Origin: Ignavibacteriota bacterium
GTDB lineage: Bacteria; Bacteroidota; Ignavibacteria; UBA10030; UBA6906
NCBI GenBank assembly: GCA_016707525.1
Contig: JADJHP010000003.1
Coordinates: 76,677 to 140,676, forward strand
Direction of reading: 5' to 3'
DNA length: 64,000 nucleotides
The position numbers and the translations under genes are program-made. Within the stretch, counting starts at the first letter, position 1. Every line of letters begins with the position of its first letter. Shown here in pieces: positions 16,802-27,601 of the stretch. Below the pieces are notes generated by a model. That model was not told where the DNA came from. It searched no databases and was given only the letters and a program-made list of their open reading frames with translations.

Positions 16802-18320
16802 TCAGGTGGCGGAGCCGGACAACCGGCTCTTCCTCCATCCGAAGACGGCATACACCACGAGTCCGGCGGCAAGCCACGTACCGAAACGGATCCACGTGAT
16901 CTCCGGCAATCCCATCATCAGGTAGATGCAGCTCGCGATCCCGAGGATCGGGACCAGAGGCACCAGCGGCGTGCGGAAATGCACGTTTCCGGTGGGGGTC
17001 CTTGACGCGGAGCACGATCACACCGGCACACACGAGCATGAATGCGAACAGCGTCCCGATGTTCGTCAACTCAACGATCTCATTGATGTTCGCCACCGCG
17101 GAAACGACCGCAACCCCAACACCGGTCCAGAACGTCGTGATGTGCGGCGTCTTGTATTTCGGGTGCACGCGGGAGAAGTACGCCGGCAATAATCCATCGC
17201 GCGACATCGCAAAGAAAATGCGGGGCTGGCCGTACTGGAAGACCAGAAGGACCGCGGTCATGGAGACCACGGCGCCTACGGCAACGATCCCCGCGGAGAC
17301 ATCGGAGTGGACATACGCGAATGCCGCCGCCAGCGGGTCCGCGACGCCCAGGTGCTGCCACGGCACCATCCCGGTGAGCACGAGCGCCACCACGATATAG
17401 ATCACCGTACAGACCGCCAGTGATCCGATGATGCCGATCGGCAGATCGCGTTCCGGGTGTTTGCATTCCTCCGCGGCGGTCGAGATCGCATCGAACCCGA
17501 TGTAGGCGAAGAAGATGAGCGAGGCGCCGACCCACACGCCGGAGAACCCATTGGGCATGAACGGCGACCAGTTCTCGGGTTTCACGAATTGTGCGCCGGC
17601 ATAGACGAAGAACATCAGGATGACGAGCTTCACGATCACCATGACGTTGTTGACCCGTACGGACTCCTTGACGCCGATGATGAGCAGCCAGGTGATGACC
17701 GCCACGATGCCAACGGCAAGGGCATTGAAGATGATGGGGATGCCGAGGAAGGTGGGGTGTGCACGCCAGGCTTCGAGCGGCAGAAGGAGCGAAGCATCCA
17801 CCTGTCCACCCGCTTTCAGGGCCGCCTCGGCCGCCTGGGCAGCGGATCGATAGTCCACCGCCAGCCAGGCCGGGATGTGCCATCCGATCCCCTCGCAGAG
17901 CTGATGGAAGTAGGCGGCCCAGGCGATGGCGACCGCGACATTCCCTACCGCATATTCGATGATCAGGTCCCACCCGATGATCCACGCAACAAGCTCACCC
18001 AGCGTCGCATAGGAATACGTGTACGCGCTTCCCGAGATCGGCACGAGCGACGCGAATTCCGCGTAGCAGAGCCCGCAGAACGCGCACGCGACCGCCGTCA
18101 GTCCGAACGAGAGGACGATCGCCGGGCCGGCACCGGGGCGCATCGCATCACCCGCCACAGCGGTCCCGATGGTGGCGAAGATGCCTGATCCGATGATCGC
18201 GCCGATACCGAGCATGACGATGTCGAATGGCCCGAGCGCCCTCTTGAGCTGATGCTCGGGGTTCTCCGCCTCGCGCATGATCGCATCAAGGCTCTTCGTG
18301 CGGAACAATTGACGGAACAT
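16802..18320 (-). pseudogene. APC-family amino acid permease interrupted by a +1 frameshift (extra C near 16975-16980)
   Basis: ORF 16605..18320 is permease-like up to ...VLRVKDPHRKRAF, then turns into junk. The authentic C-terminus (RTPLVPLVPILGIASCIYLMMGLP...) sits in ORF 16802..16984 in the adjacent frame. Junction reads aaacgtgcatttCcgcacg. Confidence 0.75.
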
Positions 18321-18403
18321 GTTCCCTCTGGATGGTGCAGGTGAGAACAGCGGAACCCCGCAGGCACCGGGGTGTACGGCGCGCTGCGTGGGCCACGAAC
18401 GGA

Positions 18404-19450
18404 TCAGTTGAAACGGTACTTGCGGTAGGTGCTCACGCCTTCCTGCAGGACGACCTTGAAGAAGCCTGCGACCGGCACGGCGAGCAGCATGCCGAGGATC
18501 CCAAACAGCTCTCCGCCGATCATGATCGCGATCAGAACGAGGACCGGATGCATCTCCACGCTGGAGGCGACGATCGTCGGTGCCACAACGAAATCGTCGA
18601 GCAATTTCAGGATGAAGTACGCGATGATCACAGGGGTCGCACTGTTCAGATCGCCGCTCCCCAGCACGGCAACGATCGCCGCGGGGATCACCCCGGCGAT
18701 GGGTCCGACATACGGGATCAGGTTGGCGAGACCGGCAAAGACACCCAGGAACACGAAGTAATTCACACCGAGGATCCAGAGCGCAAGGATGGACATGAGG
18801 CCGAATGCCACGGCATCCACGAACTGGCCACGGAGATAGTTCCCCAGCTGCATGTCCATCTTGTACAGCAGGTCCAGGGTGAACTCAAAGTACCGGTTCG
18901 GCACCATACTCACCAGTTTCTTCTTCATCTCCCTGCCGTCCTTGAGGAAGAAGAACATCAGGAACGGGATCGTCACCGCATTCACGATCAGACTGAGGGA
19001 ATCGCTCAACAGGAATGAGAAGACACGTTCGGCGATGGATTGTTTGATGGTAGCGATGCGGCCGAGGAGGTCAAGGTCCTCAAGCCCGAGGAACGCGAAC
19101 GAGGTCTTCAGCGAGCGTTCGATCCCCCGGATCGCCTCCGCGGCCTGTTCGGTGGTCGCGCCCGACTGCAACGCGCCCATCTGGTCCATGATGGCCGGGA
19201 CAAGGAGATACGCCGTTCCACCGATGACCAACGTCAAGGTGAGCACGACGAGAACGACGGCAAGCGTCCGGCTCATCCCCCGCGCCTCGAGTGCCGTGGC
19301 AGCGGGATCCAGGATGTACGCCAGGAGCAACGAGAGGATGACCACCTGCGCCGCACCTCCGAGAAAGAGCAGGAGGATCGCGATCGTCATCGCGGCCAGC
19401 AGCGGCACCAATTCGTGCGACGGACGCGTCGGAGGAATGGTCGGGGTCAT
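18404..19450 (-). CDS. AI-2E family transporter (PerM/UPF0118)
   Basis: 348 aa; 8 TM, characteristic AI-2E family profile. Confidence 0.8.
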   Translation of the reverse strand: MTPTIPPTRPSHELVPLLAAMTIAILLLFLGGAAQVVILSLLLAYILDPAATALEARGMSRTLAVVLVVLTLTLVIGGTAYLLVPAIMDQMGALQSGATTEQAAEAIRGIERSLKTSFAFLGLEDLDLLGRIATIKQSIAERVFSFLLSDSLSLIVNAVTIPFLMFFFLKDGREMKKKLVSMVPNRYFEFTLDLLYKMDMQLGNYLRGQFVDAVAFGLMSILALWILGVNYFVFLGVFAGLANLIPYVGPIAGVIPAAIVAVLGSGDLNSATPVIIAYFILKLLDDFVVAPTIVASSVEMHPVLVLIAIMIGGELFGILGMLLAVPVAGFFKVVLQEGVSTYRKYRFN

Positions 19451-19974
19451 CGGGCCGCCGGGCCGTTCAGCGCGTTCACGCGTTCTGTCAACGCCAGCAC
19501 CTGGACGTTCGCCTTGCGCAATCTGTCACCCAGGATCTTCGCAAGCCGGATCACGATCTTCACCCCGAAGCGCGGGTCGCGTTCGATGAGTGCGAACAGG
19601 TCGGACTGAAAGAACCCGAGGATGAGGCAGTGGGTCCTGGCCACGACCGTTGCAGAACGTGAGGTCTCATCGAGCAGAGAGACCTCACCGAAGAAGTCGC
19701 CATCCCCGAGGGCCGAGAGCTGCACGTCGTCGCGGCCGGAGATGACCGCGGCTTCACCGGACTGGATGATATACATCCCGAGGCCCGGCTCATCCTGACG
19801 GATGATCACTTCACCCGGAAGATACTCACGCTTGTGCAGGACGCGTCCAAGGGCCGCGAGTTCACGTGGCGAGAACCCTTCGAAGACCGGGATCTTCTCG
19901 AGGATGGCCTGCAATGCTTCGTCGGGCTTCGCTTTACGATTGTAGCCGAAGACCCGCGCGCGGAAGTCGTTCAT
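19447..19974 (-). CDS. cyclic nucleotide-binding domain protein (stand-alone cNMP-binding)
   Basis: 175 aa; GDFFGEVSLL...RSATVVA phosphate-binding cassette of CAP-family cNMP-binding domains; no effector domain. Confidence 0.75.
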   Translation of the reverse strand: MNDFRARVFGYNRKAKPDEALQAILEKIPVFEGFSPRELAALGRVLHKREYLPGEVIIRQDEPGLGMYIIQSGEAAVISGRDDVQLSALGDGDFFGEVSLLDETSRSATVVARTHCLILGFFQSDLFALIERDPRFGVKIVIRLAKILGDRLRKANVQVLALTERVNALNGPAAR

Positions 19975-20039
19975 GGTGTAAGGCCTCAGTGGGGGATCGA
20001 TCGGTGCAATATAGGGGATTCGGTGGTAAAAATCACCAC

Positions 20040-22793
20040 CTACCGCGAGAGGAGAAGCGTTCCGTACTTCTCAACGATACTCCGGACCTCCTCGAGGCGG
20101 ATCGGCTTGCTCAGGAAATCATCCATGCCGGATGCCATGCACGCCTCACGGTCGTTCGCCATGACATTGGCTGTCAGGGCGACGATCTGGGGTCTGTCAT
20201 CCCCGGTGTAGCGCTCCCGGATGATCCGGGTGGCGCGGAGGCCGTCCATGACGGGCATCTGGACGTCCATGAAGATCAGGTCATACTGTTGCCGTTCAAG
20301 AGCATCGATGGCTTCCTGGCCGTCGGCGGCCACATCCGCACGATACCCCATCTTGCGCAGGATCGCGAGGGCCAGGGCCTGATTCACGGGATTGTCCTCC
20401 GCGACCAGGATCCGCAGCGGCAGCCGCAGCGCCAGCGTTTTGTCCAGGACCGTGCTGCCCACCGCACGTATCTGCTGGGGGGGGCCGCCGGGTGCCAGAC
20501 GGATGGCCTTCAGGATCTGCGCAGGCTTCACCGGCTTGAGGGTTTGACCGGCGAAGAGTCCGACAACGTCCTCGCGCACCATGCCCGCTCCCGTAGCCAT
20601 GAGGACCATGGGCAACGAAGCTCCGGTCGCGAGGGTGCGGACATGGCGTGCAAACTCGATCCCGGACATCTGAGGCATGACCGCATCAACCAGGAGAACG
20701 TCCACATGCCCCCCGGCGGCCAGCGTAGCCAGAGCCCGGGCAGGATCCGTGAATGCACGGACGCGCATCCCTTCCGATTCGCACACCCGTTGCAGCAACG
20801 CTGTCACGGTCGTATTGTCATCCACGATCATGATATCGGTCGGACCAGCAGGCCTCTTCCCGTCAGCCTTCTCTTTCGGCGCCACCGCGGCGACCGGAAC
20901 GCACAGAGCGAAGAAGAATGTCGCACCCAGCCCCTCCGTGCTTTCTACCCAGATGCGCCCCTCCATCAGTTCCACCAGGCGCTTGGATATCGCCAGGCCG
21001 AGCCCCGTGCCACCATATTTACGATTCACGGAACGGTCGGCCTGCGAAAACGGCTGGAACAACCGGTGCCTCGCGGACTCGGCGATGCCAATGCCTGTAT
21101 CCTTCACGCTGACGAGGAGTTCAACCCGATCACCATCGGTCAACCGGCCCACGGCATTGACCGCAACCTCCCCCTGTTGCGTGAACTTGACGGCATTGCC
21201 GACGAGATTCGCGAGTACCTGACGGACACGGGAGGCATCGCCCATCAGGACCTCGGGAACCGTTGGGTCCACGGACCCGATCAATTCGATGTTCTTTTCT
21301 GCGGCTTTCCCTGCGAAGAGATCGAGCACCTCTTCGATGCAGGAGTGAAGAGAGAAGGGCTCCCGCTCAAGGTCGATCCGTCCCGATTCCACTTTCGAGA
21401 AATCCAGGATCTCATTCAGGATCCCCAGGAGCGATTCCCCGCTGTTCCGGATGGTCTCGGCATATTCGCGCTGCTCTTCGGTGAGCCCGGTCTCAAGGAG
21501 CAGACTGGTCATGCCGATGACGCCATTCATCGGCGTGCGGATCTCATGGCTCATGGCAGCGAGAAAACTCGCCTTCGCTCTCCCTGCTTCCTCCGCCTCG
21601 TCTTTCGCAAGGCGCAGCTGTTCCGCATAGAGCCGGAGTTCCTCTTCGGACTGCTTTCGCTCCGTGATGTCCTGCATCGTCGAGCGAATACCGATCACGT
21701 TCCCTGCACTGTCCAGCTGTACACGGTCCTCGACAAGGACCGGCACTTCCGAACCATTGCTCCTGCGGAACACCCGCTCATACGGCTCCTTGGGAGCGGC
21801 CTCACCGTTCATCTTGCGGGCGACCGCCTTGCGGGAGGTCTCCGGGTCGGCAAGAAAATCCCACACCGGACGGCCGAGCATCTCTTCTTCGGAATATCCG
21901 AGCATGGCCTGCTCGGTCCGGTTCACACGCGTGAAGATACCGTTCCTGTCGATCTCATGGTACCCCACCGGTGCATCGTCGTACAGGTCGCGGAACCTCT
22001 GTTCGCTTGCCCGCACGGCTTCCTCCGCCTCCCGGTCTTCGGTGATGTCCCGGAAGATACCGAAGGCCCCGGCAAGGACGCCGCGCCCGTCGAATTGAGG
22101 TGTTGCGGTAACGAGGAGTGTCCGGTGCTTGCTGTCCGGACGGCGGATCATGATGTTGTACGTGCTGCGGATGCCGGTCCCGCGGATGCGGGTCTGTTCC
22201 CGGATGGACGCGAACACCTCCGGCGTGGTGAACTCACCGATGCACCGCCCCTTCAACGTCCCCTCTTCTACACCGAAGATCGTCTCCGCTGCCGGATTCA
22301 CGAACGTGAACCGCTCGTCGAGATCGACGAAGACGATCCCCTCCCCGGTATTCTCGATCAGCGTGCGGTACAGCTCTTCGCTGGCCCGGAGTTTCTGTTC
22401 CGCGTGATGGCGGTACAGTGCCATCTCCACCGTCGTAGCAAGCTCGCGTTCATCGAACGGCTTCAGGACGTAGCCGAACGGACCGATCTGCTTCGCCCGA
22501 TGGAGGGTCTCCTTATCCGAATACGACGTCACAAAGATGACCGGCACATCGACCTCGGCCCGGATCTTCTCCGCGGCGGTGATGCCGTCGTACTCACCGT
22601 CCATCCCGATATCCATCAGCAACAGGTCGGGCCGATGCTCTATCGCTGCATGATAGGCATCCACCCCGCTGCCGACCACAGCAACGACTGAGCAGCCAAG
22701 CGCGAGCATGCGCTTCCGCAGATCGGCAGCGACGATGCGTTCGTCGTCGGCAATGATGACCCGGGCATTCTCGGGTGTCATGAGACCATTCAT
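20040..22793 (-). CDS. hybrid sensor histidine kinase/response regulator (REC-PAS-PAS-HisKA-HATPase-REC-REC)
   Basis: 917 aa; H-box LAAMSHEIRTPMNGVIG, N/G boxes, three receiver domains with conserved Asp. Confidence 0.85.
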   Translation of the reverse strand: MNGLMTPENARVIIADDERIVAADLRKRMLALGCSVVAVVGSGVDAYHAAIEHRPDLLLMDIGMDGEYDGITAAEKIRAEVDVPVIFVTSYSDKETLHRAKQIGPFGYVLKPFDERELATTVEMALYRHHAEQKLRASEELYRTLIENTGEGIVFVDLDERFTFVNPAAETIFGVEEGTLKGRCIGEFTTPEVFASIREQTRIRGTGIRSTYNIMIRRPDSKHRTLLVTATPQFDGRGVLAGAFGIFRDITEDREAEEAVRASEQRFRDLYDDAPVGYHEIDRNGIFTRVNRTEQAMLGYSEEEMLGRPVWDFLADPETSRKAVARKMNGEAAPKEPYERVFRRSNGSEVPVLVEDRVQLDSAGNVIGIRSTMQDITERKQSEEELRLYAEQLRLAKDEAEEAGRAKASFLAAMSHEIRTPMNGVIGMTSLLLETGLTEEQREYAETIRNSGESLLGILNEILDFSKVESGRIDLEREPFSLHSCIEEVLDLFAGKAAEKNIELIGSVDPTVPEVLMGDASRVRQVLANLVGNAVKFTQQGEVAVNAVGRLTDGDRVELLVSVKDTGIGIAESARHRLFQPFSQADRSVNRKYGGTGLGLAISKRLVELMEGRIWVESTEGLGATFFFALCVPVAAVAPKEKADGKRPAGPTDIMIVDDNTTVTALLQRVCESEGMRVRAFTDPARALATLAAGGHVDVLLVDAVMPQMSGIEFARHVRTLATGASLPMVLMATGAGMVREDVVGLFAGQTLKPVKPAQILKAIRLAPGGPPQQIRAVGSTVLDKTLALRLPLRILVAEDNPVNQALALAILRKMGYRADVAADGQEAIDALERQQYDLIFMDVQMPVMDGLRATRIIRERYTGDDRPQIVALTANVMANDREACMASGMDDFLSKPIRLEEVRSIVEKYGTLLLSR

Positions 22794-22932
22794 ACGACTC
22801 CATAGTGCAAGAGCTGTACCAACGAGGGAATGCCCGGAGGAACGTCAATCGGGGGGAGAAAGAGGCGAAATCAGGCCAATTTCGAGAACCAGTGGTCAAC
22901 CACGGCCAGCTGCTCTCTATTAAACAGGCATG

Positions 22933-23790
22933 CTATTGAAGTTTCTTCAGCAGGTCGAGGCGGAGAGATTCGTTCTTACCGTATCCGAGGATGCCATACA
23001 CGTCGGAACCCCGGACCACGATGTCCAGCGGACCGTGGTGGGGATCGATCAGGTGCGTCGTTGCAGGTCCGGCCGGAGAACCCTTGCCCCCCGCCGTCCT
23101 GACGAACGATGCACGAATACGCTCCGCGGCGTCGGGAGACGCGGTGCGGATGAGGAAGGCCTGTGCACCCTCCCCGCTTCCGTAGCGGGCCAGGTACACA
23201 CGGGAGAGAAATCCGTACCCGAGAAAATCGCTCGCAATATACTGCTCCGACCGGGGTATGCGTCCGCCCGAAGGCAGCGCAGCGAATTCCGGAGGGAGCC
23301 CGCGCGGCGACCCCAACACAACATCAAAGGACCGCGCGAGCAGCAGGAGATCATCGCGTCCGACAGCAGGAGGCGACGACAACTTGAGATACCAGCGGCC
23401 GAAAACAACGATCATCATCCCGGCATCCGCGCATCCTTCGTTGCCCACCTCGACGGCAGCGTTGTCAGGCGAACGTTCTTGCGAGTACATGCCATACGCA
23501 TCAGATACTCCGGCATGGCGATACAGCTCCGCACGCACCTCCTCACCTGACGGCGTGCGGTAGGTCGCACATTGCAGGCGCTCAAAACCATAGATCACAA
23601 AAAGATCCGCGGCACCGTCGATGTACTCCCAGAGATCGTCCGGGCCGTAGACAGCCGTGTCGGCCTGCACAGTCCACCCCCCGGGGACAGGGAAGACGAA
23701 CGCGTCACGGTCGTCCTCGCTCCTTGCAGGGATCGCACCCGAGAGAGCGATGAGGGCGGGGAGGACGAGCGCACGGACCGCCCGCGTCAT
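22933..23790 (-). CDS. hypothetical secreted protein (signal peptide)
   Basis: 285 aa; N-terminal signal peptide; overlaps the upstream AKR gene by 4 nt (co-operonic). Confidence 0.55.
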   Translation of the reverse strand: MTRAVRALVLPALIALSGAIPARSEDDRDAFVFPVPGGWTVQADTAVYGPDDLWEYIDGAADLFVIYGFERLQCATYRTPSGEEVRAELYRHAGVSDAYGMYSQERSPDNAAVEVGNEGCADAGMMIVVFGRWYLKLSSPPAVGRDDLLLLARSFDVVLGSPRGLPPEFAALPSGGRIPRSEQYIASDFLGYGFLSRVYLARYGSGEGAQAFLIRTASPDAAERIRASFVRTAGGKGSPAGPATTHLIDPHHGPLDIVVRGSDVYGILGYGKNESLRLDLLKKLQ

Positions 23791-24974
23791 GACAGGAACT
23801 CTTCCGGGATCTGGCCGACACGCCTCACGTCAGCGATCCGGTCGCGGACCGGGAATCCCTTCACGCAGGAAGCGGAGCAGGTCTCACAATCGTGACACGG
23901 GTCGTTGCCACCGTCATGCTGCTTCACCACCGCATGGGCCATGGCAAGGTCGCGATAGCCATAGGCGTACATGAAGGCACGCATATATTCCGGGATCGAC
24001 AGGCTGCGCGGACAGCCGGCCACACAGTGCTCACACCCCTGGCAGTACAATCCACCTTCCAGCCGCCCTGCCACGAGCGAGTCCTGTTCCTCTTCGGTCA
24101 TCGTCAGATCCTGATTCACACTGGCGTTCTCGTCCAGTTGATCGAAGGAGGTGATACCGGGGATCGTGGTCGCGACATTCGGATCCTGCAGCACGAATTT
24201 CAGCGCGGCCTTGCAGTTGATGGGCTTCGTCTTCTCTTTGTCGAGGAACCCCCCGGCCATCGTCTTCATCCCGACGATGCCCACGCCCGCCTGCGCAGCA
24301 CGTGCGATCGCAGCCTTCACGGAGGGATAGTGGTCCTGTTTGAAATTCACGGCGGTCAGGACGACGTCGTACACGCCGCAGTCGACGGCGGCATCGATCA
24401 CATCGGGTTCGTTCTTGTGCGTGGAAACCCCGAGGAAACGCGTGTAGCCCTTATCCTTCGCCTGCTGCAAGGCATCCAGCATGGCCGGCGCACAGGTGTC
24501 GTCCTTCGACGAGGTCGAATGCAGATACAGAATGTCCACATGATCCAACTTGAGCCGTTGCAGGCTCACCTCGACGAGGCTGAGCCACTTCCGTACCGCA
24601 GCCGTGGAGTCGCCAGTTTCAGACGGGACCTTCGTCGAGATCACGTACGAGTCGCGGGGCACATTGGCAAGGAACTTGCCCAGCATCACTTCGTTCATTC
24701 CCCGCTGGTACCCATGGGCCGTGTCCAGGTGCAGGAACCCCTTGTCGAGCGCGGCACGGACGAGACCGGGATTGTCCGAACGCATGACACCCATGCTCAC
24801 GACGGGAAGCATCAGCCCCGTCCGCCCGAGCTTCCGTGTATGCTTCACGGCCACGATGGGCGCCGGTGCGGATGATCCCCCGTTCTCCTGCGCATGCAGC
24901 GACCCGGTCAGGACCGCGCCGGAAGCAGCAACGAGTGAGGTCTTGAGAAAGCCGCGGCGGTCGAACTGTTCCAT
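23787..24974 (-). CDS. TAT-exported aldo/keto reductase fused to a C-terminal 2x[4Fe-4S] ferredoxin-like domain
   Basis: 395 aa; twin-arginine RRGFLKTSLVAASGAV; AKR TIM-barrel body; C-terminus has CQGCEHCVAGCP and CHDCETCSASC (Cx2Cx2Cx3C twice). Confidence 0.75.
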   Translation of the reverse strand: MEQFDRRGFLKTSLVAASGAVLTGSLHAQENGGSSAPAPIVAVKHTRKLGRTGLMLPVVSMGVMRSDNPGLVRAALDKGFLHLDTAHGYQRGMNEVMLGKFLANVPRDSYVISTKVPSETGDSTAAVRKWLSLVEVSLQRLKLDHVDILYLHSTSSKDDTCAPAMLDALQQAKDKGYTRFLGVSTHKNEPDVIDAAVDCGVYDVVLTAVNFKQDHYPSVKAAIARAAQAGVGIVGMKTMAGGFLDKEKTKPINCKAALKFVLQDPNVATTIPGITSFDQLDENASVNQDLTMTEEEQDSLVAGRLEGGLYCQGCEHCVAGCPRSLSIPEYMRAFMYAYGYRDLAMAHAVVKQHDGGNDPCHDCETCSASCVKGFPVRDRIADVRRVGQIPEEFLS

Positions 24975-25000
24975 GGAGCCTCTCGAAGTGATGGGCGTGC

Positions 25001-26689
25001 CTAGTGATGATCCCTGCGGAGCGCAGTCGGGATATAGAGATGGCGCTTGATCTTCTGTGTCGGTGTTTTCTGGAACGGTTCCGCCTGCTCGATGATCCGG
25101 TGGATGCGCGCATACAACGGCACCCTGTCGTTGATCTCCTTCTGCAGGTCGGCAAGGAGTGCGTTCGCCTTCTGACGGATATCGGATTCACTGAGCGATT
25201 GCAGTGCCTTCTGCAGGCGCTCGTAGTCGAGATGCACCAACGCCACGAGTCGCTTCTGGTGCTCATACACCACCGATTCGCGGACGTGCTCGAACTCGTT
25301 GATAACGGCTTCGATCTCTTCGGGATAGATGTTCTTCCCGCTCGGGCCCAGGATCATGTTCTTGGAACGGCCCTTGATGAAAATGAAACCATCCGCATCG
25401 ATCACGCCAAGGTCGCCCGTGCTCAACCACCCGTCGTCGCTCAGGACCTGCCGGGTCTTCTCTTCATCTCGGTAGTATCCCTTCATCACCGTGGGGCCCT
25501 TCACCATGATCTCGCCCTCCCCCGTCCGGGGATTGGGATCCTGGATACGGATCGTCGTCCCACGCAGTGCGGGGCCGGTCGAGCGCAACCGCGTCCGTTC
25601 GGGACCGGTGCCCGCGATCAGGGGTGCGGTTTCCGTAAGGCCGTAACCGATCGCATACGGGAACTTCGCTTCGCGCAGGAACGACTCCACGTCGGGTGCC
25701 AGCGGCGCGCCATCGATGCAGAACAACCGCAGCTCACCACCGAAGGTCCGCAGGAGTTTCTTGCCGGCGATCCGGTGGAGTGCCTTGCGCAGCACCGGCA
25801 CCCCTATCGCCTTTCTCAAGAGCGCACTCTTCATCAGCTCCGGCTGGATCTTCGCCTTGTAGATCTTTTCGATGATCAGCGGTACGGACAACATGACCGT
25901 GGGCCGAACCCGTGTGAGCGCCGGGAGAAGGACCGGGGCGGTGGGCGGTTTGTCCATATAGTACACACTGGACCCCCTCACGATCGGCAGGATCATGCCA
26001 AGGGTGCTCTCATACGTATGGGGCAAGGGGAGGATCGACAGCATGCGATCGGTCTCGTCCAGCGACACGATCGTCATTGTTGCTTCAACATCCGACAGCA
26101 GGTTGCCATGCGTGAGCATCACGCCCTTGGAGTGGCCCGTCGTCCCCGACGTATACACGATCGACGCCAGGTCATCGGCAACCGGGAGGCGTTCGGGCAC
26201 GGCGTACACCGTGGACGGTGCCGCGTGCACATCCAGGATCGGTGTTCCATCGTCAGGATCGGTCTCTCCGGCGATGACCTGCTGCCAATTCTCGAGGAGC
26301 ACGATCGCCCCCGTTTCCGACGGGGCAAGCTCGCCGATCTTCGTGAGAAGGCGGCGCGACACGAACACCGCTTTGATCTCGGCGTGACGCAGGATCCGGG
26401 CGATGTCCGACGAATGGAAATCCGGGAGAATAGGCACCGCAACCGCACCGGACGCGGTGATGCCAAAGTACGCCGCCACCCAGTTCGGCATATTCTCGGA
26501 CAGTAGTGCGACGCGGTCACCGAAGCCGATGCCCGCTCCCTTCAGGAATGCACCCACCTGCTGTGCACGCTGCCAGAGCACATCATAGGTCATAGAGTCG
26601 CCGTCGACCAAGGCGACCGACGGACGGGAGCCGAAGCGTTGCGCGGACTGCTCGAGCGCACGACGCAGTGAACGGGGGAATGATGACAT
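25001..26689 (-). CDS. AMP-dependent synthetase/ligase (long-chain fatty acid--CoA ligase-like)
   Basis: ORF to 26704 with a TTG alternative start; ATG at 26689 gives MSSFPRSL...; AMP-binding motif YTSGTTGHSKGV. Confidence 0.8.
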   Translation of the reverse strand: MSSFPRSLRRALEQSAQRFGSRPSVALVDGDSMTYDVLWQRAQQVGAFLKGAGIGFGDRVALLSENMPNWVAAYFGITASGAVAVPILPDFHSSDIARILRHAEIKAVFVSRRLLTKIGELAPSETGAIVLLENWQQVIAGETDPDDGTPILDVHAAPSTVYAVPERLPVADDLASIVYTSGTTGHSKGVMLTHGNLLSDVEATMTIVSLDETDRMLSILPLPHTYESTLGMILPIVRGSSVYYMDKPPTAPVLLPALTRVRPTVMLSVPLIIEKIYKAKIQPELMKSALLRKAIGVPVLRKALHRIAGKKLLRTFGGELRLFCIDGAPLAPDVESFLREAKFPYAIGYGLTETAPLIAGTGPERTRLRSTGPALRGTTIRIQDPNPRTGEGEIMVKGPTVMKGYYRDEEKTRQVLSDDGWLSTGDLGVIDADGFIFIKGRSKNMILGPSGKNIYPEEIEAVINEFEHVRESVVYEHQKRLVALVHLDYERLQKALQSLSESDIRQKANALLADLQKEINDRVPLYARIHRIIEQAEPFQKTPTQKIKRHLYIPTALRRDHH

Positions 26690-26730
26690 GGGTCCTGCCT
26701 GCAACGTCTGAGAGGGGAGATTTGGAAGTA

Positions 26731-26777
26731 CGCCGTAAAATACACAATCCCCCGGATACTCACAAGCACCGGGGGAT
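26731..26777 (-). terminator. probable rho-independent terminator downstream of trpA
   Basis: Minus-strand hairpin ATCCCCCGG-(13 nt)-CCGGGGGAT followed by UGUGUAUUUUAC. Confidence 0.45.
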
Positions 26778-26812
26778 CGGGTGGAACGAGAGAACTGCCT
26801 GAGGGGCGGAAT

Positions 26813-27601
26813 TCAGATCGTATCGAGCGCCCGGCGGAACGCCGCGGTCCACACACGGGTGCCACCCGGCGAAGGATCGCTCTCCAGCTGCCGGAGAAGT
26901 GCCGAACCCACGATCACGCCGTCGGTGTCGCGGGCAAAGGTCACCGCATCCTCAGGCCGCGAGATCCCGAATCCCACGAGCATCGGGTTGCGCGTGACAT
27001 GCGCACGCACCGCACGGACGTTGTCGAGCGCCGAACCGGCCACGGCCCCGCCGGTCACGCCGGTGGTGGACACGCAGTACACGAATCCCGACGACGCAGC
27101 ATCGATCGCACGCACGCGCGCCGGAGGCGTCGTGGGCGTCGCGAGCAAGATCCCGGCCAATCCCGCGGATGTCACCGCCGGCGCATACGAGCTCCACTCC
27201 TCCAGGGGCAGCTCGGGAAGGATCAGGCCGTCAACCCCGGCAGCAGCCGCATCGACGAAGAATCTGTCCACTCCATAGCGCATGATCGGATTGAGATATC
27301 CCATGAGCACCAGTGGGACACCGGACCGCTGCCTGATCCGTGCAACGAGTTGCAGGATCCACGGCAGGGTCACGCCGTTCGCGATCGCCGTGCCGGACGC
27401 CTTCTGGATGACCGGACCATCGGCGAGGGGGTCCGAGAACGGAACCCCGATCTCCACGATGTCCGCCCCGCCATCCTCAAGTGCGCACACGAGGTCTGCC
27501 GTTGCATCCAGTGTCGGATACCCGGCGGTGAGGAACATGGCAAGCGACCGCCTGCCCTTCGTTGCATTGCCGCTCAACCGTTCTTGGAGTTTCATCGTCA
27601 T
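26813..27601 (-). CDS. trpA: tryptophan synthase alpha subunit
   Basis: 262 aa; TrpA family. Confidence 0.9.
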   Translation of the reverse strand: MTMKLQERLSGNATKGRRSLAMFLTAGYPTLDATADLVCALEDGGADIVEIGVPFSDPLADGPVIQKASGTAIANGVTLPWILQLVARIRQRSGVPLVLMGYLNPIMRYGVDRFFVDAAAAGVDGLILPELPLEEWSSYAPAVTSAGLAGILLATPTTPPARVRAIDAASSGFVYCVSTTGVTGGAVAGSALDNVRAVRAHVTRNPMLVGFGISRPEDAVTFARDTDGVIVGSALLRQLESDPSPGGTRVWTAAFRRALDTI

